The notes below the pieces were generated by a model. That model did not search any database, was not told the DNA's origin, and worked only from the letters and a program-made list of their open reading frames with translations. From Bugula neritina (taxonomy: Eukaryota > Animalia > Bryozoa), in contig OZ037765.1 in NCBI GenBank assembly GCA_964035545.1, positions 19,344,995 to 19,408,994 on the forward strand: a stretch of 64,000 nt of DNA, in the 5' to 3' direction. Positions 14,285 through 29,340 of the stretch are shown here, one piece after another. A program made the position numbers and the translations under genes. Every line of letters begins with the position of its first letter. The stretch's first letter is position 1.

Positions 14285-17200
14285 ATGGCCACTGTTTTTC
14301 AGCTCACATACTAATTGTTATAATAATGCATGCTACAAAAGTGATCCTATGATTAGTCTCTCTCCAAGTGTGATGTGATATTTTCATATTCTAAATATTA
14401 ATATATTCTGAAGGAAATTAAAATCTATTTATTTCACAAACTAGAAACTAATACCAACATGTCTAAGCTAGAAAATAGAAGCAATATGTTATTTTGAATT
14501 GAAAATTAAGCAAAAATTATTTTATAAAAGCAATTCGACTATTAAATATAGCTGAACTTATGGAAGATGCAACAATGTGCTATAACAGAATTGAGTACAG
14601 TTGACTATAGCTACATTAATTTATGTAATGAAATTTTTTTTTTCTAAAAGGAATAGTTGAAATAGCAACTATTTAATTATGGAGTCAAATTATTTGACTT
14701 TCTGCAGTTCCTGACATTTTTATCAACACTGTGTAATTGCAGCCACACATGAGCACAACTAATAGTCTGTCTGGCAGTTGCTGGAAGCTCATTCTCAATT
14801 ATTTATAGGACAATATTTGACTTTGTGGCACATAATTACCAATTCAATGCGTCAATGTTGACAAACTCTCCAAAAGAAATCTATTGCTGCACACAGTGCA
14901 CCTGTAAAGAATGTAGATTAGATTAATTTACAAGTGATGGTCATCGTAATACAGCAAACAAGCAATCATAAACCTCCGAATGAATAGGTTTGGCACATTG
15001 ATGCTTAGATAACTGGCACGAAGATGGCCAATTGGATAGAACATTGTCATGCAACATAGCTTAATGTATTTACTATGAGCTTAGTGAGCTATTGTTTTTC
15101 TCGTACAATCAATACAAGTGAGTTCCTTTTAAGGCATAATTTTCATGATCAGCAATGAATAATGTTACTTGATTTTAACATCAATGAACTTTGCAATGCC
15201 ATTTTATGATAAAACTGTTAGCAACTGAGACAGTTTTGCAAAAGTGCTTTTAAAAGACTAAGGGCCTTCTAGTCTGCAGGTAAAAACTCAGTGTTGTGAA
15301 TCACAGCGAGATTAAAGCCAGTGCTAAAATATTACTGTCAACACAGTTGTAAGCCATGAGAATTAAATATTATTCAAGTTGCAGATGATGCTTGCAGTTT
15401 AGCCAAGTAGGATATGCAGATGATGGTGGCAATGAAATCATTGTTAAGACATATAACCTTTTATTAATTGCATATCCATACAGTCTAAATAAAAAGCTTG
15501 CTCAGTGTATAACCACATATATAATATCTTATTACATTTAAACACCTTTGCTCCAACAATACCTTTCACTTGTGTATCAGGTTAAAAGGCTACAATTGAT
15601 ATACAATTAATGTTAGCAACAACCGCATGCCTTTGAACTTTTACTGATTGAATATATAAATAACAAGATGATTTGAGAGTTTTCAGCCAAAGTGTTAACC
15701 AAATTAACAGATGCTTTGGTCAGCTCCAACTTGTGGTAACTTCTAGAGGTGTAAATAAGAATGCTGTTCAACACCTGTTGTGGGCTGTGCCTGCTCTAAA
15801 GTAAGAAAAGAAAGATACAAGTAGTGAAGTGAAGTACTAAGTATAATGATGTGACCAACAAGTAATACAAATAATAATAATAATTATCACCATCATAATA
15901 TCACAACTGGAACAGGCAGGTGGAGATAATGACCTATTCAATTTATACGGTATCAAGTAAGCAAAGTGGGAAAAAAAGCAAATTGATGCTCTTATTTATA
16001 TAACAAAAATGGAAAGTTTGATTGCTAGCACGCAGGTTTAATTCAACTTTAAGTTAATGCTATTTATATATAAATTGGCAGTAAATCAAGGAAAGATTGT
16101 AAAGTAATGAACTAAAGTTCAACTAAAAATGTTGTTACTCCCAGTCTATGCAGAAGGTTGGCAGCTATGAATTTATAAGCAAGTTATAATAATAAGTTAC
16201 ACTATTTGTGAATAATTTATTTGTATGCAGAAAAATTAATCAAAAACTGCTTTTTTTGCTTTCCAAGCTGAGCATATTGGTTAAAAACAATATGGAGGAA
16301 TGTTTTTAGCTAACAGGTAATAGATTTCAGTTCTTGTAATCATTGCTTTTACAAGTTTTTTTTTGATGTCCCCAGCTTCGCAAACCTCCATTTTAATAAC
16401 ATCTGCTGGGTTTGCAGTTATAACGTGACATTTGTGAACGCTCTCATCTTTGTGATGTTACAAGCAATAAAATTTTTAGTGTTGCTGGACATGATGGAAT
16501 GATCTAGTTGCTAATTGTTACAGATAGGAACAGGCAAAACACTCAACAGGCTCATTAGTAACAGGCTTCATCTCTGAGATTTCTTTAAACTTGTGTAGCT
16601 CTTCACGGCTAAGGTGTAAATCTCATTAAGTATGTTAACAGATGTAGTCTATGACTAAATTCATGTTTGACATTTATATAAAAAACCCATTCTGCTTTAT
16701 AGGCAAATTATTTTATTGCCATAGCACTGAATATGCTGTAATAAATACCACATATACGTTACTATAATGTTTAAATAAGCACAAATTTAGGCCTAAATAT
16801 CTCTTAGGAAAACTTCACCTAGGTAAATGATTCAATGCATTAGGTAGCATATATATTTAATCCAAATAAACTAATAAAACCTTCTATGTAAACCCCCAGT
16901 CAAAGGATGTTGACTACAATTTATAACAGACAGCAATAGCATATCAAAGGTCCTCATTGATGTTATTAGCACGCAAAAATATTAGATATAATGCGTTCTT
17001 AGGTAGTAGTATTATTATTTCATATCTGAAGTAATTTCCTAGCTACCAACCACATATTTTCAATCTGTAGGCTTTGTCTGCAAGAAACCACCACAACCCG
17101 TAGCAGGCGACTCAGTAAAGCCGACACCCATTTAATATTTATTTATGACAGTTGTATTACTTTGAAGATTTGGATACAGCTAATTTGTATTTTCACATAT

Positions 17201-20200
17201 ATTTGACTTTAAGCGAGAACATAAACTCAAAGATGAATTAACTTTAGTTCCCTTCTAGTACCATTAAAAACTTTGGAGGCAACATTAGCTGGAAGTGGCC
17301 CTGAATGCTATAATTGTAATTAATTTCTTCAGCTGGTAATATTGGTGATTTATTATCTTCGCTTTGCTGATTGAAACAATCTAAAAGCTTGAACTCTCAG
17401 GCCTAAATCCTTGTCAAAATTTCTTTGAAATTTTGAAGCTTATTAAAAGATTAGACACTTCTGAAGTAGTAGCTGAGAGCTGCTGTTACTGCATTTGCAT
17501 CTTTGCTTGATTGACTCTTTTTCTATGGTGCGATGTGCTATTCTATCATTTGATATAATCTATACACTTCTGTATTTTACGTGTGCATTAATTTATCAAT
17601 AGATTTCGTAGTTAAAGCATTGATAATGCAGTAATAACCTAATCTAAAGCAGGTCCATTAAGCTTTCCTCTATTTATGTATATACAGATATCTTCTTGTT
17701 TACATATTTTATATTGTAGAATAATCCCATCGGCAAATGAGCTCTTGAGCAGCCTTGGGGCGTACATTTTCTCAGACTAAGAAGGTGTGACGCCATTGAA
17801 AGATAGGGTCAAGATGTTTCACAGGATGTCCTATCTGCATTCATCTAAATCTAGTGCATGAATTTCATGTCTAAATGCTATATTGTATAAATCTAAAACT
17901 TTTGTTTTTGTTTGCATTACCTACTATCTACCTATATAGTCAGGCTTGCACATTTTTAAAACTCTTGTGGCCAAAGTCTAGATTTGCTGGCTACAACGAT
18001 TCAGTGATAGCTAAATGAAGTGAGTGTCTATTTTTAGGTTGTGTAGAAACATGAGCTAAACAGTGGAGCTGTTGCTGCTATACAATATTATAACAATGAT
18101 GAATCCTGAGATGTTAATTTATCAAGTATATTTCCAGATTATTTTGATTAAATGTCAAATTTGTGAGAATATGTCAATTTAACAGCAAGTAATTATTGCA
18201 GTAACTGCAGCCGTAGCCCCATTAGAGAGACTGTAACAAGGGATTTATAGAACTGAGTTGTGTCACTCCACCAAATCCAAACCTTGTTTAGATATCAACA
18301 ACAGAATATTTGACACAACAGGAAACGGTGTAATTAATCCATATTAATCACAAACACAGTCTATACAGGTGTGACAGAATCATTAGTAGGCACTGCTACA
18401 ATTATAATTATGTTTTTAATCATGGAAAATCGCATTTATCAAATGAGTTATATGCCAGTTTATTAATTCATTATAGCTAGTCTATAGAATGTCAAATGCA
18501 GTTTTAGTTTTATATAATAACATAATAACCTGGTAATCCCATTGTTAAAATGTCACATACCACTAATATATAAAGCCAAAGCATATAATCTTATGCTAAG
18601 TAAATGTTTTCACGTTGAATATTTGTCATACTAATTTTTCTCACTACAGTAAAGCTTAGCCGTAATTTGCCTTGTAGATAATACTTTTTGCCAAATAACA
18701 AATTGTGCAACTATGCTAGTGATTCAAAGCCTGTCTCCTGGGGGATTGATCACTAATTTTTGCTATCTCATTTTATGTACAGTAGGCATAATACAGAGAT
18801 ATGAAAGTTCTTAAGATAAAATTATTTGTTGATAAGACTAGAATTTGGCGACAGTAAGCAGTGTTAAGTCAACAGATGTGTTTCAATACATAACATGGTG
18901 CAAGCATTGATAAAAATACATAGAGCAGACAACCTCAACCCAAATACCATTCTATTAAATAAATATTATCAAATAAACATGCGTATCAAAGCATAAAAGA
19001 ATTCATTTAAATACACAAAAAGCTCTCTGAACTTTTTAGAACTGCACCTCTTATTGCTTAGCTTAAAGTATCTTTGGACTATCATTTTATTATCTTATTG
19101 CAGTTGTCGTCTAAAAATAAACAGTTAAAAATTTACCACAAGCTATATTACACGTATTTTGGCTAGGATACACATTGTGTTTATCTACAGTCCAAATTTT
19201 GGGGTGTCACAACCTTTCTGTAAAATTATTAATTAGTTATTTTATCAAAAATTCTAAATTGAACTTTTTTTTAATTCGCAAATGAAGCAATTGGAATGTC
19301 ATAATTAATATATTTACATCAAATTAAATTATGATTTACTTCAAAATTAGCTATGCATATTATAGCAGTTATTTCATACAAGTTGGCTGTCTAATTTATT
19401 TGGTAATAGTTAGATATGTATTATTAGAAATCAAGGTAGTTCAACACAAGGGGGCCCTTATCTTGTGGTCATTACACTAGCTGCTAGCCTTTTCAACTAA
19501 TAGTCTTGAGAGATACTAATGGTGACAGAAAAGCAGCTGTGTTGTTCTGCTGGGCACTAGAGAGCAATTCAACAAACTCTCACTCTCGTAACCAACGCAC
19601 TTGAGACCATCTTGTCTAAACAAACCGCATCATGGATTCTGCTTTTGCTCTTAGAGCTGACAGGTTTTGAAAAATTCCGTAATGCTGGAGATACGACACC
19701 TGGTGTGTTTTACAGATCAAGTATTTCTGGCTCAATCAATGATCATTTAAATAGCTTTATGACAGGGATACAAGTATACCCCGGTTTATATACCAAGAAG
19801 TTGTGCTAAGTATTTACGATAAATGAAAAGGAAGGTCCGTCACAGCTCTAGTTGATTTGGCAATATCTTGAGCCTAAGTTAATGGAATATGTATTTATAT
19901 ATGGATCATAATGCTTTTGTCAAGTATTTACATCTTTGCATTCAGCATCTATTAATCAATCACTTGCTGCAATTTACAATCCTCCTATTTTACACGATTG
20001 TTAATCCCTTGTAACAAATTTAAGTGAAATCCTAAGTAAACACACTTTTATATGTATTAGCTTAACAGCAGCCTAAAATATTCCTGCAGGTTAGAAATAA
20101 TATTGACAGTTTTTTCTTTATATAACATTGCCACTTACAATAAATCTGTTAAAATATTGAATTTAATGGCGTTAAGTCTGCTTTCTGCATTTATTAAGAC

Positions 20201-23200
20201 ACCGATTTAATGACATCAAGTGTATCTCAACAATGTCACGGCAGAGCTGGAGATATACTTTCAATTCATACACAGCTCTATTAAATAACCATCAGTTAAT
20301 GGTGGCATGTCTCAAACTATTAAGTATTTGACAGGATTGACTGCATAAAATATTTGTTTCCATACACAATAGGGAAAGTGTTGGATATATGCTGGACATT
20401 CTGTTACAGTCACACTACTCATAGACAGCTGCACAGCTAAGAGAATGGGCACAGTTGTTTATAGAATATAAGACTTAATTAATTTTAAGAATTTAATTTA
20501 AGTTTGTCACATCATTGGTTGCGCCTTTTGTGGTATGTTTTTATAAATCAACAAATTTAATATATATTTGATAGAATGGGCGATGAGCTATTTCATCATA
20601 CATTCAGTCAGCAACTTTTACCACATAATGCTTCCATTTTATAAAAAAAATTTAGCTGGCCTTGGGCTTATGATAAATTTAGAATTTTAGGCTACTGGCA
20701 TTAGATTTTGTCAGTCATCGTCATACACAATGAGTTGGTTGTTGCCTAATCTATAGATAAATATTCATGTGGGCAATGGGTTATAAATTGTTTTTAAATT
20801 CTGCTTTAAAATAAAGTTTTCTGAGATAGAGCTTTAGGCTGACTGATTTAAACAATTGACTTGTTTAAACACAACTCAGATAATGTAACACATTAAAATG
20901 CAAAAGTTCCTTCCTTTTGGAAAGTGAACTGGTGTCAGTCAGTGTTTTCTGATGTTCCAGCACCATGTTCATCGTGTCATTACAACGTCTGCAGTTGACA
21001 GGTGACAGGTACAGGAGTGTCACTTTAGAATAGTAAATGAAAAGTGTTGCCAACTTTTAGTCACTGCTCAAATTTTTTATTCTAATGAGATTTGAATTTT
21101 ACTGACAATATTATGTTTAATTAGACAATTAATTAATGGTGTCATAACCCAGTAGAATATTATGGCTAATTATATACAGCTTTGTATTGCCAAGCCAACT
21201 ATCCAAATTATGCCATTAATTATTTTATTATGGGTATGTTAATAATTAAATACTTATAATTTATATATAACCAATGTGAAGAAGGGGTATTTTCTGAGTA
21301 TTGCAAGTTCAACCCTCTTTCCCTTGGTAACAAAATCTAAAAAATTAAAGCATGAACTGTACAACTACTTAATGTATTTAGGCTCAGAAAATATTTTTTG
21401 GATTTAATAAGTAGCTAGCTGGTTGACATTCAATTTCTTAGCAGAATAATAGGCCACTTTAAACCACCACAAAGCATGTCAGTGTGAAATAAAATCACCT
21501 TAAAGTTATTGCCAGACAAGATCATTTGCTAGTATTAATCATCCAGACTTATTTATGTTGAAAAGGCATTAGGTTTCTCAACACTAATAACACACAGTGA
21601 ATAATGCACTGTACAAACTGGCTGAACCTATACCTGCAGTGGGCACTGCTGGTCTATATAGCCATTGGTCATGTTAGGAACAAACCACAAAGTGTGTAAA
21701 TTTTTTTTAGAAAACTTGCCTATTGGCTGCGTAAAAGCTTATGCATTTCTGTAATGCAAGTAAAATTTGCATTGCAATTATAAACCAAAGAAAAAAATAT
21801 ATATACACTATTTGCATTCCTATTTGCTTGCAGTCTGCATTTATAAGAAAGCACCACAAATATAATTAGTTCCACAACTTGAAATAATTATGTTCTTATA
21901 ACTTGCGAAATACCAAAAAGTGTCGGAAACCTATTTTTGACATGGCTAAATGATCATACATATTTTAGGATATGAAACCAACAAGATTATTGCCTGCCCA
22001 ATAATGCCATAATCCTATAGATTTGGTATGCTTTGCACAGGTTCCTTGTATTTATTGATAAAAGGAACAAAACAATAGCTTGATTTATGAAGGCTTTGTC
22101 AAAGGATTTTATGAACATTAATTAGCATTTCCCTCACCTCCATCAGTTAGTAAGAGGATCTGAAGAAAACTTTTCGGCTTTGGCGTTTGATTTTGTCTTG
22201 CATTTCACTAAACAGCGGAATGGACAAAATTTTTGTCTCGCCATCCCTTTTGAGGAACGGTGGAAAATAAGTTGATGAAAGGTAGATAAACAGTTTTAGC
22301 ATATTCAGTTATAGCAATTCAATTCAACAATGAAATTGATCATAACTTAAAAGGCTGCAAATCACAGTATAACAAAAGTTCTGTTAACTTCTTATAAGAC
22401 TTGAGTTTAAGAATTTTAGAATCATCGACAACACTTAGCACCAGGATTGTTACGTTGTTATTTTGTGTGTTATGTCTAAACTCTAAAGGGAGGACATCAT
22501 TTTACACATCATTCCAATCTCCAATCAATGATTCAATATACCAAAAGCCTGTAAAATTTTGCTCATTCTGCTTGTGATAAATTATTTTATATTATCTGCT
22601 GTAAACATTCTTTATATTAATAATAGTAACTTCACATCTCTTTTAATAATTAGTTTTTATAAGGCAATTTATATTCATTGGCTTGAAACTATTTAGCTTC
22701 AGTAATTAAATGAATTGAAACAATATGCATAATGGTTTGTCTCAATGCTTTACAGTTGATGCGTTTGCTGACAAGTAATAATTAGTATATAAAAATATTA
22801 GTACTACTAGAAGCCTAATAGAAAATACATGTATAAACTAGAAGAGTGCTTCCACGCCAGTAGCATAGTTAGATACTGGCTGACATATTTTAATTGAACC
22901 AGAGTTTTCATGTTGGTAAGATAACTACTTAAAGTATCATTACCCAATGAAATAACGAAGCATTTCTACTCTTTAGTCCCTTGGATGCTCTAGCTGCAAT
23001 CACACATATATATATTTATTACTGTGCTTTTATAACAAGCGTTGGAATTTCATTCTTGAAGTTGCTTATTTGGGTGAAGTTATTATGTGCTGTAGCTATT
23101 GTAGCTAGAATAGTTATCACCCAATGATTTATTGACCAATTTTAAGTTGAAGAATATTTTTAATTATATTCAAAGAAGTTTATTCTAAGTAAATTATAAG

Positions 23201-24649
23201 GTAAACTAGAATTGTATTTTTTTAGAAAGAAAGCATAACAGTTTTAACTTTTAAGAATCATTGAATAGTTACATAAAGCTGTTTGAGCTGGAGTTGGCTT
23301 ACATATTTACAAAAACAAAGCTAACTTATAAAATTAAAACTCATTAGATCACACTACTGCTATGTCAATTCAAAACCATTAGAAAATAATTAAAAATTCT
23401 GCACAATCATTGTCATGCAATGCCAATGGTTGTTTTGACAAGTTATTGGAATTATATTAAAATGCCAATTGAAAAAATACAAACTATAAAATACACTACT
23501 TTTTGTTTATTTTAAATATTCCAGAACATCACTAGCTACAGAAGAAGTTACATGAAACCATGTTATATAGTCTAAAAATAAAATATAATTCTATGTATTA
23601 AAACCCTGTTAGGAGAACTGAAAAAAAAACATTATTGTAACCTTGTCTAGGGGCGTTATTTTTTGCTCAATCATGATTATGTTGCCAACCTACTGTATAT
23701 TGCATATTATTCATTTACAAGCAATGATACATGTTAAATGCTATTAAATCGTGATAAATTGTTGCAATAATATGTGCAATTAGTCAATTGGTTTGATACA
23801 CCAGCCATAGCTGAAATTAGTATAGCACATCTCTCCAGTATTATTCGCAAGTTTTGATAAATTTGACAATATACTAACGAGTTCAAACATGCAGGAAGCA
23901 TTTTACAGATTCACATTAGTTTTCAAAATGCTCTTTGATGTTAGATTAATAGTATAAGAGGTATGAGATGCATCATCAACATTGCCAAGTTAGCCATTAT
24001 TTACAACTAATATACAGTCTAATACTATTTATTACTCGTATGTCAAAGTTAACAAGAAAACAGAACTTTAATGTCTAAGGTAAATGTTTTTTATTGGTAC
24101 TTCATTGCCATTGGAGACAATTCAAAAAGCTTTGTAAAATGCCAAAATTAATTTAATGTGTTACTTTTCTCATGTACAGATATGATATGAATGTTTCCAT
24201 GTTTTTGATCTATTGCATGATATATGGCGGTCATTGATTAAGTAATGATACAGCAACTAAGTATTAGCGTCTCTAATGCTCAGTAGGGTTGTCTGAGTTA
24301 TTGGCTGATAGTCATTGATGTCCTATCTAAAGCAAAGATCTGCAAGTGTTCACACCTTCAGGCTCTTGTGCTAATGTTGTTTTCATCTTTGATCTCCTTC
24401 CCTTAGAAACAAACATCACAGTCACTGGAATGTGCGAAATCTTGTTATATTATCAGCGTGTTCCAATATATGCTTTCATAATTGTATATCCTGTAGCAAT
24501 GAGTTGAATATCAACAAGACTATGGCTTCGGTTGACAATTTATAGATGATCTGCAACATCTTCTAGATTTTGATTTTTAAACTATAGTTGATGATTCAGT
24601 GTTTGAATGCAAATGTTATGTGCAGATATACGATGTGCAGCACCTTTGT

Positions 24650-24760
24650 GTAGTGTTGAATTTACTCAGTGGCCCCTGCAGTGGAATGGTAGCACGCCTG
24701 CTTGCAAGCCAGAGGTCTTAAGTTTTGAATCTCAGTGGGGACAAAGGTTTTATACCTTAT
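24650..24760 (+). repeat. Short tRNA-like dispersed repeat, family 2
   Basis: GTAGTGTTGAATTT leader, then GGCCCCTGCAGTGGAATGGTAGCACGCCTGCTTGCAAGCCAGAGG...TTTGAATCTCAGTGGGG. Related to copies at 26070, 37264 and 59136. Confidence 0.6.
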
Positions 24761-26069
24761 CAACATACAATGCCATGAAATGCCTTAAAAGATAACTCCA
24801 GCAAGTGCAGTCAAAAGTTGATGATGGAAAAAAGTTTGTAAAGTTAGACTAAAGCTTTTACAACTTACTAACTGAAAGTTGCTATTGGGGATTGTATTTA
24901 TCTGTAACCAGTAAAATGTCCATGAAATTTGTTTTATTTTTTGAAGAAGGAGTTGCTTTACCAATGTCTTTTTTGGTAAAGAATTGCGTTTAAAAGAATA
25001 GAAATACCATACTTTCCATATCCAACTTTTAATGAATCATGTTTGATTTAAACTAGTAAATAATGGGACTTTTTGTGTCCTATATACACACGATATTATA
25101 ATCATATAGGCAAACTTTATGTGCTAAGATTATTGGCATGTAAATAGAATTGAATAAATAAAATCTTATAAATTTATTTGTTTGCAAAAAACAGCTTGTA
25201 GGATATATCAAATATTATTTTTTGAAACAGTTTGTTGTAGCAATTGCTTCTTTTGTGCAATTATAATACAATACTTTTTATTCAGATGAACCAACTAAGT
25301 TATACATATCATTTACTGTTTAAAATTACTTAATAGGGCAGAGGTTTGTCACTTCATATACAAAATAAGCAACATAAAGACTGGTACATTAGTTTAACTG
25401 CTTTGTAATACATACCATAAAGCAAGAAGAAGTAAAATAGAATATCAAATGTGAGCTATGCAAGTAATTATAATAGTCAGAGTTTATAGTCATATATATA
25501 GCAAATATTTCTTGTAGTACTAAGCTCTGCATTAGTTTTGTTAGCTGTACTTTTTATAAATCCGATACTAGCCGTATCAAATATTGTTTGTCTCCTGGCT
25601 ACAAATTAGGTAATATTACAATTTTAAAATTAATTGACATGTTTTGCCGGATGTGTTAACAGGAGATTTACATCAATTTAAGTCAACTAACGCTTGCAAG
25701 TAGCTGTGAGTCATAAATACATCGTAGTTATGCGTGATATTCAGAAGCTTATCAGTGTGCTACATGTCTCAGCCCCATATATCACAAAAATAGGCAAATT
25801 TGCATTATTTATAGAAATAAATAATGTGGCTAATTGCCAAGTGTGAGATTGCATAATAGCGCAATTACTGCACATTAAACACATGTAATCTGTTGATAAT
25901 AAGCAAATGACATGTTTTATAGTCTAAGTGATTATACAACTTGAACAATGTATCTGTAAACAAGTTATTACTTTAACAAACTTATCAAATCTGGTGACTG
26001 TTACTTTGAACTTTTTTTAATTTAGCTTACACTAATTATCGATTACTTCAGGAATTAATATCTCAAACT

Positions 26070-26172
26070 GTAGTATTGAGATTCTCCAATAGCCCCTGTA
26101 GCTTAATGGCTAGAATAATAACATGCAAGTCGGGCTGCAGTCAGATTCCCAGTGAGGGCAGGTATTTTACAG
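26070..26172 (+). repeat. Short tRNA-like dispersed repeat, family 2
   Basis: GTAGTATTGAGATTCTCC leader, AGCCCCTGTAGCTTAATGGCTAG, TGCAAG, ATTCCCAGTGAGGG, TTTTACA. Confidence 0.55.
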
Positions 26173-28654
26173 GCTATACTTTATACCAATCTTTATCAAC
26201 ACTTGTAATAGCAGCTGAGAGATGTACCAGGATCATTGAATTGTTATTAGCTGCCAGTAAATCCTATAGAACTCTATAAATGTTTATCTTGGTTTCAATG
26301 TGAAGAGTATAAAAATATAATTCAGTATTATAGTTTCAACATATGATGGCACATTCTAGCAATTTCTGTATTCAAAATATAATAACTGAAAAGCCCGTTT
26401 TCATTAAAACGTGATCAACATAATTGCTATGTTGAAGCAAAAGATACAGGTGTAATTCAAATGTTACCTTTTTTTAGAATAAAATTACATAGCCTTGTAT
26501 TGACCACCTAAAGTCTAAGCCCTTTTCAAACGCTCAGAGTATCAAAGCTAGAATCTTCAAACGTAATTAAAAGGTATAGTATGCACAGCCAAATAATCAA
26601 TTAAGTAATTTATTACTTGAACAAATGGCAAGTTAAAGATACTTATATTTTTCATGGTGACAACGCTGGTTTTGCCATCAATTTCAAGCCAGTCACACAA
26701 GACTATAAAAATGACATTACAGAGTTTGTCATTTCTGTTTTTGACATTTCAGTATAAATTTAAATTAGTGCTATTGCTAAAAATAAATTATGTGAATAGA
26801 ATTAAGGGCCAATTTTAAAAAAGTGTCTTATTTAGAGCTTTTAAATTATTCTTGTTTGGAAGTCAAAGTAGTTTGATTGATCAATAATTAATGTTCCTGT
26901 CATATTTTCAATTCACCAAAGTTTGAAAAAGCTATCCCTTTATAATGGAATAATAAAATGGGTACAATTAGATTATAATACAACAAATAAACTTCTTTTA
27001 TCATTCTGACAACACCATAGCTTCAAATTTGACTTTAAAATTTTAGTGTTTAAAATTAACTTTTTCTGAAAAATTTCCTTAACTGATTTCCAATCTATAT
27101 GAAACTTCAAAAATTATATTTTAAAAAAAAGTGATATAATTTGCATTGGATATGATATATTATACAGTTAACATTTAATCTATCTCAATTCTTGACTACA
27201 AATATAACACAAAATATTATTTATATTTGGAGACAATGGTGGTAAAGTGCGGTTTAAAATTACTGTAAGCTGCAGCTATTAAAATTAACAGAAAATATTA
27301 GACTTATTAGCAATTGTTAAGTATCTATGAAGCAAATTTTTGATACAAGATTAATTATTATGTTTTTGTTTACTTTCTATTACTATGTATTTATTCTTAA
27401 TTTAATTAAAGCTGTAAATTAGTGCCAGTTTTGAACCTACTTATATAACTTGCTCTTATTTTCCATGAGAAAAAACATTCATTAGCCATCATTACTATAA
27501 GTTGTATGAATGAAATTGTAGATTAAGTAGAAATAAGCCATTGAAAAGAAATATTATCTAGGTGTGTAGTTTAATAGCAAAATAGTAGGTTAATATAAGT
27601 TTGACCAGAAACTTTTTTAAATTCCCACTTGGTCACATGTTTTAATTAAGCAACTGTGTTATAGTTATGCTAAATACTATTTGCATTGAAGCTATCTGTA
27701 AAGAAGGCCTATTTACCATATTTTCTCCTGTAATTATAACATATAACAAAATTAATTTCATTTATTTCTTTATCATATTAAGATAGTTTTATGTTTTCTG
27801 TTATCATTTTGGCTATACACAGTAGAGGCAAAATTTGTTGTAAGCCACTAATTGCTATAAAACAGATTCTTCGTAGCGGAACTGGTATAAGCAGCATAAC
27901 AAAGAAAGAAGTGCGTGCCTGTTTTTTGTAAGTATATACTGCAGAGCTGTTTTGATTATTTATATACTTGATATTAAATTAATAACTAATTCTAACGTGT
28001 TATACAAAATATAAAATGTGTTTATACTGACTGACATTTGACTGCAAAGGTTTTACATCTTGCACGTCAATTTAATAGCCTTAGCTTTGTTACATATTTA
28101 CAAACGTAACTGCAGACACATTGGCTACCACCCTAATTTACACATGAATTGTGATGAAGTTCACTATAGAGGTTGATTGGAAAGTTGTTTATACTGTAAA
28201 AGAGGATGAGTGTATGTATCAAGAATTGAAGGTACAGTTGCGGTAGCTACAAATTAATATGTATAAACTATAATAATTATTGAAATGCTACAACAATAAT
28301 GGAGAAGATCTGCTGATAGATGCGGCAGTACAAAGAGATAATTGTTATATCTGGTAGTTTGCAGCGAATTATAAGAAGTTGAGAGTAACAGACTACTTGT
28401 GTCGATACCACCAGTTGCCAGAAGAACAACTCCAAATTATTAAACAATGTTATTAAACCTAATGAAATAGAAAAAAGTCACACAGAAAGATAGAGCTAAT
28501 TTAAATTTTTATCTTGTTTTGTGAAAGAGTAAAAATTGGCCAATTTACTAAGCTGAAGCATTTCGTGAGCTTGTTAAGATGAGATAAATATTATGAACTA
28601 ACTAGAAGGAAGATAACTCTTAAAAACTTTAGTTTTTAGACTGTGTTTGTGCCT

Positions 28655-28902
28655 CCATCTGTGTACAGCAGCTATTTCGGGATTTGTCTCCCCCATCAGC
28701 ACAAAACCGTGTTCCATACTCCACACCGATGTTTCTACTAAAGCATCTCAAAAAGGTATGTAAACCCAAGCCTTATACCAGAGAGCTCAATTAACTCTAT
28801 GAGTTGCAAGCTTTGTACAATGCCAGCAGCTTAAGTTTATGGCCATGGTTAGAGAGCTCAATAACTGAATGTCATTGCTGAGCATAAAGTGAGAGCAAAT
28901 AT
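28655..28902 (-). mobile_element. Degenerate second copy of the hammerhead-containing element
   Basis: Collinear similarity to the reverse complement of 34370-34635. The minus strand reads GTG-CTGATGG-GGGAGACAAATCCC-GAAA-TAGCTGCTG-TA-CACAGA, so core A9 is lost and the triplet is GUA. Confidence 0.75.
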
Positions 28903-29201
28903 AATATAATATAATTGAAGTATATGACTTTTTAAAAGGCTGCTGAGATTTAAATTCCTTCTTGTTTGTGTATATGTATTAACAATTTGTTTTATTGATA
29001 TTTATGAGCTTTAAAAGCTTACAAAATGTTTCATGCAGTATAATTTCTCTATTTTGTTGAGCATGTAGTCGTATAAAATATTGTAAATATGTTGATATGA
29101 ATTTTTATACCTAAGATGATCATCTATTATTTCTCTTCCTAAATTCATCAACTTCCTACTAAATAACAGAACATGAGAAATTGTATAATATATAATATTA
29201 T

Positions 29202-29340
29202 AAAGGTTGCTAGAAGCAGCGTTAAGTTATTGGTCACCCATTGCAATATTTTGGAGTTTGAAGTTTCAACCTGAACCCACCTCAACTCTAAACCCCTGCA
29301 CCCAGTGACCACTAACTTGGTGCTGCTTCTAGCAACTTTA
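29202..29340. mobile_element. Small (about 140 bp) MITE-like element with about 35-bp imperfect inverted repeats
   Basis: AAGGTTGCTAGAAGCAGCGTTAAGTTATTGGTCAC (29203-29237) versus GTGACCACTAACTTGGTGCTGCTTCTAGCAACTTT (29305-29339); internal AACC-rich tract. Confidence 0.65.

Noticed and set aside
24670-24745. Functional tRNA gene
   Set aside because: The T-arm/B box and acceptor stem are degenerate, and the related copies are more decayed; treated as a repeat.
28140-28460. Purine-rich, coding-looking stretch on +
   Set aside because: Multiple stops and no recognisable protein motif; could be a decayed element but is unsupported.
14300-29000. Frequent TGACA/TGTCA and ACATGT motifs as Irx or TALE autoregulatory sites
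   Set aside because: Short motifs that also occur throughout the rest of the window; enrichment cannot be shown without counting.
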